Origin: Haliotis cracherodii
Lineage: Eukaryota
DNA: 64,000 nt
Reading direction: 5' to 3'
Assembly (NCBI RefSeq): GCF_022045235.1
Contig: NW_027266271.1
Span: 5,394,001-5,458,000, forward strand
Shown: piece after piece, positions 41,534 to 53,900 of the stretch
How the letters are laid out: each line of letters starts with the position of its first letter
Position numbering within the stretch: position 1 is the first letter of the stretch
The notes under the pieces: model-generated
What the model was told of the DNA's origin: nothing
Seen by the model: the letters and a program-made list of their open reading frames with translations, nothing else
Databases searched by the model: none
Position numbers and translations under genes: made by a program

Positions 41534-42331
41534 TCAGATACAATTTCCTCTGCCTTACTCCACTTGGCCCAACACAACCCATTTTGCTGCCTCACTTTCT
41601 ACCTGTCAAGAATAAGTTCTGATTAGAAAAGAAACCCATGGCAAATTACATTGTCAACAATGAGTTTGAAGAAAACTATGAGAAACAAAGAAACTGGCAG
41701 CCATTTTGAAGTGAAGGTAAACAAAACAAGCCTGGCGAGGGAGCCGGACAAACATGGCCGCCTGCCCCAAGCTCCCTCCTACATTCACTGGTACACACAG
41801 GCAACCTGAGTAATTGGTAAAGCAATCAAACTTAGCAACCCCACAGGTGATGACAAATAGCTTTGTAAAATTTGCACATGATGATACATAGCCATTAATA
41901 TGCTTATCAATTAGGAGATAAACCTACTGTGTTTTGAAATTTGATGTAGTCCCACTGTAAAGCAGATACCTCTTTATTTTAATTTTCTGTGTTTTCTGAG
42001 TCCTAGTCTTTCAAATCCTCTTCTGCCAAATCCTTATGATGGTGGTTGATGGAGATGGCAATGAATATCGATCAGAAAAAGTTTTGTTGACAACTTGTTG
42101 TCATGAATAAAGTTTTTTCAAAAAGTCTTTATAATGTTATATTTTACTTTCATAATTGGTTGTTTCAATGAGGAAATAGCTTAAATTGTTCCAATTCTGG
42201 TCACCATAGAACATTTCCTAAACAGTTTCATAAACATTTCATCTGTATGCATCTATAATCTTTTAACGTTTATCATCGAAGCAGTCAGGGTTGCTGCCTA
42301 GCCAACGCCCAAAACATCCGATATCAAACTA

Positions 42332-42430
42332 CCGTATTTCCTCTATTTGACGCTATGACGTCTATTAATATAGCGAGAGCCTGTGACTCGGTGTGTAATA
42401 GAGGCCCAGTGTGTAATAGAGGAAATATAG
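42332..42430. mobile_element. ~100-bp pogo/Tc2-like MITE relic
   Basis: TA|CCGTATTTCCTCTATT pairs with AATAGAGGAAATAT; GTGTAATAGAGG is repeated subterminally. Confidence 0.5.
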
Positions 42431-42936
42431 ATACGTTCTACAGTTCATAAGGAGTGATCGATAGGCAGCCATTTTCTATGAATCAATATGTAGGCTATCT
42501 ATGCATTCATACGCACATTTTTTGTGAAAAGGCTTAATATATCTTAAAGGGGTTTCCGTAGCAAAAAGGAAACCAATCAGAATCAAGAATTCATCAATGT
42601 CATGGTAGAATCATGGATATACATTGAGAGATAGTGAGCTGCTAGCTAGGAGTAAGCTCTAAGGGGATTTTTCTCTCAACAAAGGTGTCAGTGTCACTAT
42701 GTCAACAATGAAGTTCCTTGATTCCAATTCGACACCAGGATCTGCATTCTAAACTGAAGGGTGATGACAAATGACACATACTTTACTGTTACACACATAT
42801 CAATTGATCTGATCAAAGCAATGATAAAACCACAACTTTTTAGGACATTAAGGTGCCCCATCAAATCCTATATTTTCTATCTATGAGCACATCCTTCACA
42901 GCTGGGGTCATGTGTGTTGTGTGTCTGTCCTGAACA

Positions 42937-43005
42937 GTGAGTGTGTGAGTGAGTTGGGGTTAATGCTGCAGTGAACAGTATTCTAGAGTTATCACTGTGT
43001 GTCAG
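42937..43005 (-). mobile_element. Degenerate SINE 3' tail
   Basis: GTGAGTGAGTT..TTAATGCTGCA..CAGTATTCTAG..TATCAC resembles a (GAGT)n-tailed SINE end related to the 31.9-kb copy. Confidence 0.35.
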
Positions 43006-43633
43006 CTTCATGTTGGGGGAAAGGCCAAAGTGATGCAGGTCTTCAACATTTATCAGATCGGTAAATGGGTGTGGTTCTGACAAGCTTATCCTAAACAGCT
43101 GGGCTGCATGACTTATTACTAGTCAATACCTCTATTCTACCCAGCAGTGAAACACTTTCTGTCTCCTTGACAAGTGTTCTCAGTGTTCGATACACTCACC
43201 ACTTCATCCAGACAGAGAGATTACCAAGATGCTATTTACCGATCAAAGATGAATTTAATGGTTGTCATAAGCACAGGCATGAAGTAGCCTCAACCGTGAG
43301 TCTGTCAGTCACCATGTGGTGAATTAGCTGATATGCCAGGACTCATCAATGTCTACCTTTATATTGACAAAGAGAAATGTCTGATTTAGCAACTATCTAG
43401 CATACTGCCGGTGGCTGAAACCACTGATAGTGTGAAGTACTCTCCAATGAGTCTGGGGGTGGAAGCACACAGTCGTCATTTAGTACACTATCATCTGTTT
43501 ACCTTCAAGCCACTTGACTAGTGTTGATTCTTGGAACAACCACAGCCCATGTACAATTCCAAGGAATGTTTATAGAAATAAGGAAGTAAGTCCTCTTTTT
43601 AATCCATAAAATATCAACATCTAATTATATCTT

Positions 43634-44373
43634 AACAAGATACAAGTTAGCAGGGCTCACAAATACACCCGACTTCGACTCCACTCCAACATATTTCTAA
43701 GTTCAAAACATGAAAAAAGCAATATTTCTCAGAAAATCTGCTTATTAAAATCAAATCATCCTATTGGTATAGAAACAGTACCCCCAATACATGAAGTAGT
43801 TTTCTAGTTATAGATCGCAGAAATGTTTCAGCAAAAAAATTCTAAGTAAAACAATGAAAAAATGAAAAAGGGTGGATTTTTTTAAAGAAATCAAAAAATG
43901 GAAAACAAAATTCGCACTGCAACTCTCCTCGTGGTATAGAAACTGTAACCAAAATGGAGAGCATCCATTAAGTAGTTTTCAACTCATAGGTTGCCCAAAT
44001 GAAGAAGTAAATAATTTTTATAAGTTCACAAAATGAAACACATCCTATTTTTTCAGAAAATACTCATATCAAAATCAATCTTTGCAGTGCACCTCTTCTG
44101 CTAGTAAGGAACTGTTTCCTTAATTGGAAAAGAATCCACAAAGAAGATTCAAGTTAGAGGTCGCACAAATGTTTCAGTTAAAAAAATGGGAAAAAAATGT
44201 ATTTTTTCAGAAAAGCCAAATATTGAAATGAAACTTTGGACTGCACCTCTCCTATAGGTATATTAAGTGTTCACCAAGTTTGAAAAGAATCTATTGAGTA
44301 GTTTTCAGGTTATAGGAAACACACAAAAATGTACTCAGAAGGACAAACAGATGGACTGAATTCCTTGGTATAA
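43634..44373 (-). mobile_element. Degenerate HINE (DINE-1/pearl-like) with about four internal core repeats
   Basis: AACAAGA start; recurring ..TCAGAAAA..GGTATAGAAAC..AGTAGTTTTC..TTATAG cores; GGACAAACAGATGGAC and GGTATAA at the right end. Confidence 0.6.
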
Positions 44374-44461
44374 CTATATAACACCACCCCTTAAAATGCT
44401 TACAAGAACAGTAAACTACGATTATAACAAACTCAAATGGACCTCTTATTTTAGTAAGTTA

Positions 44462-46346
44462 CTTACTTACTTACTAACTTTGGAGATTTAACGTGCGCTT
44501 TCCGACTGATGCGTATTTCGCACACGGGCCCGGCCAGGCCATTTAATGTGTTTCCGAAAGGGGCGAGGGTGGTCTGTGCAACCCAAGAGGGGGCTTTAGG
44601 GGTTGCTTATATAGAATTTGGGAATTTTGAGATTTGGAATAGATGCCGATGGGGTTGGGGAGGAGAACTAAGGGAGCTGGGTATGGTGGATGATTGTTTG
44701 TTTTTGTGATTTTGATTTGGTAGGTTATTATGGTTTTAGATGCGTTTTATCAGTTCCGTTTTTATTAAGAATACGCCTAAGGCCTTGAAGTTTTCTAGTT
44801 TATTTTGTGGGTTTAGTATTGCTTCTAGAGTGAGAGCCTTGTTTAGATTGAGGGTGGTTTGTAATGCGGTTCGATGTGTTAGGTAGTGTGTGCAGTGGAT
44901 GAGTGCGTGTTCTGGGGTTTCTGGTTGTTTGCAGTGTGGGCAGTTACCTGTAGTGTGTTTTTTAAAAATTTTTAGGTGGTTATTTAGGTTGGTGTGTCCT
45001 GTTTGGAGTTTAGTGATTACTCTGTCGATTTTTTTGGATGGATGGAGAATTTTTGGTTTGGTTAGTGGTTTGCTGAGCACTCTTTTGATTTGGCTATTTG
45101 AGTTTAGATATAGGTTATGCCATTTTTTTGTGATTTTTTGTTTGTTTACACTTTTAATTTCTGATTTTGAGATGGGTAAGTTTAAGCTTATTTCTGGGAT
45201 TTTGAGGGATAGTTTAGCTGCTTTATCGGCGTTTTCATTACCGTATATTCCTACGTGGGCGGGTATCCACAAGAAGGTTATTTGTTTGCCTGCTTTTGTT
45301 AGGTCGTTGGAGCTTTTAAGTATTTGATTTATTAATTTAGGTCGGTTTTTGGTATTTTTGTTTTGGAGGGCTTGTAGTCCACTTAGGGAGTCGGTAAGTA
45401 TTAGGATTTTTTGGTTGTTTTTGGATTCTTGATTGTGGAGGGCTGAGGCCATGCCCATTAGTTCGGCCGTGAATATTGATTGGTTATTTGGGAGTCGGAA
45501 GGATTGTGTGGTTTTAGTTGGTTGTGTGGTATGGACTCCGAAACCCGTGTGTTTGGAGGTCGGATCTGAGGATCCGTCCGTGTAAATGTGACACCAATTT
45601 GGCCAATTTTTGTGTATGTATGCTAGTGTGGTAGTTTTAGCTATGTTTGGTCGGTTTGTTTATTTATTTGGCTAGCTAGTGTTGTGTCTATTTTGGGTAT
45701 TTTAAGTTTAGGGGTGAAGATATTTGATTGTTTGCAGTTTTGTTTAAGATTTTTAATTTGGTGTTCATTTAGGTAGTTTGTTATTCTTTGGGATATTGGG
45801 GTAAGTAAGGGGTGTTTACGAGCTAGAGCTTGGTTTTTAGGGCTGATGTTTTGGTTTATTAAGTTTTGGATGAGAGGGTTTGATTGGGACGCGGCCCAGA
45901 AATTTAAGCTTAGCTGTTCCCTGCGTAGACTTAGTGGCATTTCTCCCGTTAAGGCCTGAAGTGAGGTGTAGGAGGTGCCATGTTGGGTGCGTGTAATGAG
46001 TTTGAGAGCCTGATATTGTATTGAGTCAAGTTTTTTAGATAGAGAGTTGTTTAGGGTGTTGTATATGGCGCAGCCGTAGTCTAGTTTTGATCTAATTAGG
46101 GATATGTAGAGAGAGAGGAGAGTATCTTTGGAGGCTCCCCAGTTAGAGCCAGTTAGGCATCTTAGGGTGTTTAGGTCTTTACTGCATTTAGTTGTTAGGT
46201 TTTGGATGTGAGCATCCCAGGTGAGATGTTCATCGAAAATAAGTCCTAAGAATTTGGTTTGTTTTTGAAATTTGATTGTTTGATTGTTTAGCTGGAGGAT
46301 TGGGGAGGCGGGTTTCATGTTTTTATGTTTGAATACTATTCCTGTA
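44462..46346 (-). mobile_element. 5'-truncated non-LTR retrotransposon of the I group (RNase H-containing), relatively young
   Basis: 12-bp TSD TTTAGTAAGTTA at 44450-44461 and 46347-46358; (AGTA)n 3' tail; ~270-bp 3' UTR; coding region intact except for one frameshift. Confidence 0.93.
44736..46346 (-). pseudogene. LINE ORF2 3' part: RT C-terminus/thumb, RNase H and CCHC zinc knuckle
   Basis: KFLGLIFDEHLTWDAHI and LIRSKLDYG (RT thumb). IYTDGS, TAEL, LTDS, WIPAH and GNENADKAAK (RNase H). CPHC..ETPEHALIHC (zinc knuckle). One frameshift near 45650 joins ORFs 45641-46390 and 44736-45458. Confidence 0.92.
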
Positions 46347-47301
46347 TTTAGTAAGTTATATCTGTTGTTTGTTATACATATTTCAACCATCAGACATCTT
46401 TTATCAAGTTATGTGACATCATGTTACTCAATAAATAACAAAAGTGTACACGACATCTACAGAATATATGTGTTACTATTGTTAATTGAGGGTGTCATTT
46501 GAGGACAAGGTGTCAGTACTTAAGAGTATATCAATTGCCTTCAATTGTTTATAGACGCTTTGAACAGCAGCGCTTGGCCGTGGATCTTTTGACTGGCAGA
46601 TTGGTGACACGTGAGGAGCTCAGCTCAGGGATTAACAGTTCATTGTACACTTAAACACTTTCTTTGACAAGTACACATGGGACCACATGGTGAGTTCGCT
46701 ATATCTGTTATTTTGCTATGAGCGTGTTCGTTATATCAATCAACTTTATATCCATCAGTTCGTTGTAAGCGTGTTCGTTCAAAACATAGTTTACTGTACC
46801 AGCAAAAACAGAAACATGCCCATCATGGCCATTTCCAGCAGACCCCAGAAATCATTAACATGCCACCACACATTTCCAGTGGGATACCTTTACCTTCAGC
46901 TTTTCTGGTCTTGGCCCATCCAAAGGAAGAGTTTCACCTACAGTAAATCCTTTTAGAGTCTAAGGCTAATGGTATGACATGCCTGAGATGTCCCAGCACC
47001 AGATTGTTTCCGAAACAATATGTGGTGAGCAAATTCATTATCCCACTAGCCTTGACTAACAAATTAATACACTTATAAATTACTAATCATTTAGCCCCAC
47101 TAGCCTTCACAAGAACATTAATCCACTTCCAAACCAAAGTGAAATGACAGCATGTTCAACTCCCCTCATGATGACACCCCATGTGGCAGAACCTGTGAGT
47201 GCAGTGAATGTCCTTCTTCTTCTGACTAATGCAATCTGTCACCAAGGCTGAAGATGAACCCAAGGCTATAGGCATCAGCTGGTCTCACACAGCTACAACA
47301 C

Positions 47302-47357
47302 ACTTACCTGAAACACAAAGAAAATCCATTTAAAAGATAAGACAGACATCCCAGACA
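47302..47357 (-). promoter_or_regulatory. Candidate recursive splice site (3' splice site immediately followed by a consensus 5' splice site)
   Basis: The minus strand reads TTTTAAATGGATTTTCTTTGTGTTTCAG|GTAAGT, junction 47308/47307, with no AG in the ~47 nt upstream. Confidence 0.45.
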
Positions 47358-47438
47358 CTTAATAAGTATACAAAGACAACATGCACATTGATATTCCTAT
47401 AATAAAATGTCAAGAGGCACCGTCTCTGAGACCATATC

Positions 47439-48180
47439 CCAAAGACAGCCTTACTGGCAACTACACTGTAGACCATTCCAAAGACAGCCTTATTGGCAAC
47501 TACACTGTAGACCATTCCAAGGACAGCCTTCCTGGCAACTACACTGTAAACCATCCCAAAGACAGCCTTACTGGCAACTACACTGTAGACCATTCCAAAG
47601 ACAGCCTTATTGGCAACTACACTGTAGACCATTCCAAGGACAGCCTTCCTGGCAACTACACTGTAGACCATTCCAAAGACAGCCTTACTGGCAACTACAC
47701 TGTAGACCATCCCAAAGACAGCCTTACTGGCAACTTAACTGTAGACCATCACAAGCACAGCCTTACTGGTAACTACACTGTAGACCATTCCAAGGACAGC
47801 CTTACCAGCAACTACACTGTAAACCATCCCAAAGACAGCCTTACTGGCAACTACACTGTAGACCATTCCAAGGACAGCCTTCCTGGCAACTACACTGTAA
47901 ACCATCCCAAAGACAGCCTTACTGGCAACTACACTGTAGACCATTCCAAAGACAGCCTTATTGGCAACTACACTGTAGACCATTCCAAGGACAGCCTTCC
48001 TGGCAACTACACTGTAGACCATTCCAAAGACAGCCTTACTGGCAACTACACTGTAGACCATCCCAAAGACAGCCTTACTGGCAACTTAACTGTAGACCAT
48101 CACAAGCACAGCCTTACTGGTAACTACACTGTAGACCATTCCAAGGACAGCCTTACCAGCAACTACACTGTAGACTATTC
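47439..48180. repeat. Minisatellite, 39-bp unit (CCAAAGACAGCCTTACTGGCAACTACACTGTAGACCATT), 19 copies with a 9-unit-offset block duplication
   Basis: The variant order of units 3-10 recurs in units 12-19, visible in the repeat translation. Confidence 0.97.
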
Positions 48181-49328
48181 ACACACTTCACTGGCATTAG
48201 GTCACTTTTATTAACTGTCATTTTGCTGAATTAAAAGTATTACATAGATTACTTTTTTTCTTAACATCTGCTATTTCTGATTTAATTAGTGAAGCTGTAG
48301 TAGTTGTATGAGCAGCAGCACGTTTCCATCATTTATGAACGAATGTTCATCTTAAATTCTGTTCTCAATACTTCTCCTTCGCCATCGCAACAGGACCAGA
48401 ACAGACAATTGCTAGACTTCAGCCCACACCTCCAGGGCTTATAATCATCAACATAAACACAGTGTTAAAGTGACATCTCACTGTACAGGTAATGGATGAC
48501 CCATCAAATACCCCTCCCTCCAGGTACAAAGGTGACATCTAAAGTCAAAGGCTAATTACATACAAATAGACCCCAGACATCGTCTCCCCTGACTGCTGCT
48601 CTAATTCAATAACACTGGGAGATCTGTGATTTGTATACAGGCCATTGGATGTTTTAACATCACTGTCTTACTGAACACAAGATTAAATACGTGATCAATT
48701 GGCAAGTGTGCAAGCCTGGATATCTGTTGTATCCTGTTGTGTGGAGGGAATTGGTTTCAGCTCAAGTCCAATACATGATTATCAACATGACATGGGGTAT
48801 CTGCATCAAGTTAGATAGTTACAACATGATATGCATATACAGATTTAATTAAGTTATGGTCATATGGAAATTACACTTATGGAAGAGTTAACAGGGAGTT
48901 TACTGATAACAACTGTTCTCCCAATCTCACAACTTGTATAAGTAAGATGAGTTGGTTTAACACTTGTCAGGAGCTACCAGTGTCCACCTCTAGCTGCAAA
49001 CCTGGTGTCAGTTCTCAGCAACATCAGAGGCCAGGAAGTTCACATTGAAATCATGCATCTTTCTCAGGTACTTTCAAGTACCCTTAAGGTACGTCTTTGA
49101 AGGGATGTTTCGTACCATTTGTGTACAAGCTAAATTTGGAACAAAGAATGATATCTCTTTATCAATATTGATTTCCATACTTAATTAGTAGACGTCTTGA
49201 TAATGTCTTCTACATTGATATGAACCCTATTTGAATAGTCCCTTCTGCTCCGCACAACCCACCATTCTCCACATGTAAAGTACAGTATCATCATAGGTCT
49301 ATACACCTTAGCATAATGAATTCAGTGT

Positions 49329-49353
49329 ACACACACACACACACACACACACA
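49329..49353. repeat. (AC)n microsatellite
   Basis: About 12 perfect dinucleotide units. Confidence 0.95.
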
Positions 49354-50776
49354 TTTCAGCTGGCTGCCTGACTCAAGGGGATGCTGAATGCAGAGCAACC
49401 TGATCAGAACTATTCTGCTGCCTCCATCACCGACTTGACCAATGAGAAATAGGATGCTTCAACAGACATTTGTCCTCTCACTGAAATGAAGATGGAATCC
49501 ATTTCATCAAAGTAAAGGACTCCTCTTGCAGTAACAATAGATTTGAACAGAACTGAAAATGCCATCTAAATATACCAGAACAAGGGATATAGGTGCCAAG
49601 CCACAAAACAGAATTTGTCCCTCTCAATGCATACCATAAATGACATTAACAGCTGTCTTAGAGTAATGCTAAAGTTTATGTACAATTATAACTTCTGTAC
49701 AATTTGCTGGTCTAATATCAAGACACTAAAATTGGTTTGCATCTTAATGCTTTGTCAACTCTTGCATTTGAAAATTTTATCTCAAAACCATGAAGTTTAA
49801 CCAACCTGTTTCATCAATAGTTTCTTAGAAATTGGGTAGGAATAATAAAAAAAACATCTTCTGATATGAACTGTTCAACAAAAACATAAGTGCCAGAGAT
49901 AAAATTGTTAGGTTCAGTGTGACCCCTGCAAGCTGAATAAAGCATGAACTCAGGGAAATAGAACTGCAAATTAGTCTGACATTTAACTAATGTGAGTTGC
50001 AAACGTAATTCTGAATCAAGATGGACATCAAAACATCCACACACTTTATCCAAGCACAAACTGTAGAACTGTAGATGATAACATGTCACATATAAACAAA
50101 AGGTCTCTAGTTGTATACCCAAGATGGCAAATCGTCTACACATTTTATTTGGCTAAGACATCTTGTTAAATACTACTTTAATCCCACTTGACCTAGGAGA
50201 ACTGTTTCACTCATATATCAGCATTACCCAGAATGGTAACCGTCAAATGATGAAGATCATTTGCATAAATCTGTTGTTCCTGAAGCACAATAGGTATTTA
50301 CGGTCAATGTACAAGCAATCAATACATGCTCCAGCAATGATAGGGTTCAACATGCAGATTTTTTTCAGTTCATGTAAAGCCGCAGTTCTTTACAGCTCCG
50401 ATATGTTGTAATGTACACCTAGTTTCTGTGTCATAGTCAAACAGTCCAATTTGGGCTTGTACTAAGATGTATAGACACTCATTATTCTTGACTCTGATTC
50501 AATGTCCGTCTACAAGAAGAGAGATGGAAAACATTCATTACAAAAATATACTAAGCTGATCACAAAGTTGACTTTCACAAATTCTTAACAGTTGAATATT
50601 ACCATCTAACATTCCGCAATCTCCTTCAAATGACTGTGAATCTCTATATCTCCCATGTGTAGTTAATAAATCAACCAGATAAACATACAGAGCTTTAATT
50701 ATTCTGTGTTTTTATCTTACAACAGGCATGACTAGGCTATGCATGCCTCCATCAGTGTACTGTAAGGAATAGATAG

Positions 50777-53088
50777 GTCTGGCACAACCCTGCGTGGCAG
50801 ATATCATAGTCTGGCACAACCCCGTCCTAGCACTATGGCTGACATCATATTCTGGCACAACCCCGTCCTAGCACTATGGTTGACATCATATTCTGGCACA
50901 AGCCTGTCCTAGAACTATGGCTGACATCATAGTCTGGCACAACCCTGTCCTAGCACTGTGGCTGACATCATAGTCTGGCACAGCCCCGTCCTAGCACTAT
51001 GGCTGACATCATAGTCTGGCACAACCCCGTCCTAGCACTATGGCAGACATCATATTCTGGCACAAGCCTGTCCTAGAACTATGGCTGACATCATAGTCTG
51101 GCACAACCCTGTCCTAGCACTGTGGCTGACATCATAGTCTGGCACAGCCCCGTCCTAGCACTATGGCTGACATCATAGTCTGGCACAACCCCGTCCTAGC
51201 AAAGTGGCTGACATCATAGTCTGGCACAACCACGTCCTAGCACTGTGGCAGACATCATAGTCTGGCACAACCCTGTCCTAGCACTGTGGCAGACATCATA
51301 GTCTGGCACAACCCTGTCCTAGCACTGTGGCAGACATCATAGTCTGGCACAACCCCGTCCTAGCACTGTGGCAGACATCATAGTCTGGATCCATCCCTTC
51401 CTGACACTGTGGGCAGAGATCATAGCCTGGAACCAACCCGTCCTGGCACTCCGGCTGACGTGATAGTCGGGAACCAACCTGTTCTGGCACTGTAGGCTGA
51501 CATCATAGTCTGGCACAACCCTGTCCTGGCACTGTGGGCAGACATCATAGTCTGGAACCACCCTGTCCTGGCACTGTGGGCAGACATCATAGTCTGGAAC
51601 CACCCTGTCCTGGTACTGTGGGCAGACATCATAATCTGGAACCACCCTGTCCTGGCACTGTGGGCAGACATCATAATCTGGAACCACCCTGTCCTGGCAC
51701 TGTGGGCAGACATCAATAGTCTGGAACCACCCTGTCCTGGCACTGTGGGCAGACATCATAATCTGGAACCATCCTGTTCTGGCACTGTGGGCAGACATCA
51801 TAGTCTGGAACCACCCTGTCCTGGCACTGTGGGCGTACATCATAGTCTGGACCCACCCTGTCCTGGCACTGTGGGCAGACATCATAGTCTGGAACCATCC
51901 TGTTCTGGTACTGTGGGCAGACATCATAGTCTGGAACCACCCTGTCCTGGCACTGTGGGCAGACATCATAATCTGGAACCATCCTGTTCTGGTACTGTGG
52001 GCAGACATCATAATCTGGAACCATCCTGTTCTGGCACTGTGGGCAGACATCATAATCTGGAACCATCCTGTTCTGGCACTGTGGGCAGACATCATAATCT
52101 GGAACCAACCTGTCCTGGCACTGTGGGCAGACATCATAGTCTGGAACCATCCTGTCCTGGCACTGTGGGCAGACATCATAATCTAGAACCATCCTGTTCT
52201 GGTACTGTGGGCAGACATCATAGTCTGGAACCATCCTGTTCTGGTACTGTGGGCAGACATCATAGTCTGGAACCACCCTGTCCTGGTACTGTGGGCAGAC
52301 ATCATAGTCTGGAACCATCCTGTCCTGGCACTGTGGGCAGACATCATAATCTGGAACCAACCTGTCCTGGCACTGTGGGCAGACATCATAGTCTGGAACC
52401 AACCTGTTCTGGTACTGTGGGCAGACATCATAGCCTGGCACAACCCTGTCTTTGCACTGTGGGCAGACATCATAGTCTGGAACCAACCTGTTCTGGTACT
52501 GTGGGCAGACATCATAGCCTGGCACAACCCTGTCCTGGCACTGTGGGCAGACATCATAGTCTGGAACCAACCGGTTCTGGTACTGTGGGCAGACATCATA
52601 GTCTGGAACCACCCTGTCCTGGCACTGTGGGCAGACATCATAGTCTGGACCCACCCTGTCCTGGCACTGTGGGCCGACATCATAATCTGGAACCATCCTG
52701 TTCTGGTACTGTGGGCAGACATCATAGTCTGGAACCATCCTGTTCTGGTACTGTGGGCAGACATCATAGTCTGGAACCACCCTGTCCTGGCACTGTGGGC
52801 AGACATCATAGTCTGGACCCACCCTGTCCTGGCACTGTGGGCAGACATCATAATCTGGAACCATCCTGTTCTGGTACTGTGGGCAGACATCATAGTCTGG
52901 AACCATCCTGTTCTGGTACTGTGGGCAGACATCATAGTCTGGAACCACCCTGTCCTGGCACTGTGGGTAGACATCATAGTCTGGAACCACCCTGTCCTGG
53001 CACTGTGGGCAGACATCATAGTCTGGAACCAACCTGTTCTGGTACTGTGGGCAGACATCATAGCCTGGCACAACCCTGTCTTTGCACT
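50777..53088. repeat. Bipartite minisatellite: 41-bp units (to ~51390) switching to related 42-bp units (AGTCTGGAACCACCCTGTCCTGGCACTGTGGGCAGACATCAT)
   Basis: Direct periodicity. The 1-bp gain (TGG to TGGG) and the GCAC-to-AACC change occur across a few degenerate junction units at ~51390-51510. Confidence 0.97.
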
Positions 53089-53181
53089 AAACCATCTGCC
53101 AATGTCAGCTACACCTAGAGGAATCGGGAGCACTTGATGCTGGTTAACTCCACATATCATGATACCTGGTACCATAAACAT

Positions 53182-53546
53182 TAGGGGTGAAATAATACAT
53201 CAGTGCACTTGCATGTGAGTTTTCATTCAACAAAAAGATACATGATACTTTTTTTCTGTATCGATATAAGATGATACACTTGTTGAAATAAAAAATGTAT
53301 TACTTATTTATTGATACCCACCCTAGCGCTTTAGTCAACAAAATATTGCAAAAATCTGTTGCGATTAGCTTTTCAAGTTCACAACTAAAATAGCCACGAC
53401 GAACATGAATTTACAGTGAGCTTTTCCTTTCGAACTGGCTCTCAAATATTTCTTAGTCAAGAAGTTTCCATGTGATTTGACATAAATATGCGTATCATGA
53501 TATGTAGCATACTGTATCGTAACCTTGCTGTATTGTTTCACCCCAA
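53182..53546. mobile_element. hAT-type MITE
   Basis: TIRs TAGGGGTGAAATAATAC / GTATTGTTTCACCCCAA, 8-bp TSD ATAAACAT / ATAAAGAT (7/8), and GATAC/GTATC subterminal motifs. Confidence 0.75.
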
Positions 53547-53558
53547 ATAAAGATTATA

Positions 53559-53900
53559 AACAAGAGTCATCACGAGATAACATATCCCCCCAAATGGTAC
53601 CAGATCACCAATAGAATGATTTGTATAGCAAGTTCCATCTAGAAATATTTAATGGTTTTGGAGTTCTGCTCTGGAAACGTGCTTTACCCTTGCTTTCAGT
53701 CCACCCTGACATCATGAAAACAAACACAAAAACAAAAGTGAAAATCCCAAATCATCAAATGGCCCCAGTTCACCACTAGAATGATCTTTATAGCAAATTT
53801 CAACAAGAAATAGTCATTCAATGGTTTAGGAGTTCTGCTCTGGAATGGAAAGAGGAGAGTTGATGGACGGTCAGACAGGTGGATAACAATGTTACCACAA
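53559..53900 (-). mobile_element. Short degenerate HINE with two core repeats
   Basis: AACAAGAG..ATATCCCCC start; two copies of TAGAATGAT..TATAGCAA.TT..AATGGTTT.GGAGTTCTGCTCTGGAA; GATGGACGGTCAGACAG near the end. Confidence 0.6.

Noticed and set aside
47381-48214. 277-aa ORF with repeated N-Y-T sequons (mucin- or biomineral-protein-like)
   Set aside because: It coincides almost exactly with the 39-bp array, has no signal peptide, and other frames and the opposite strand are also largely open.
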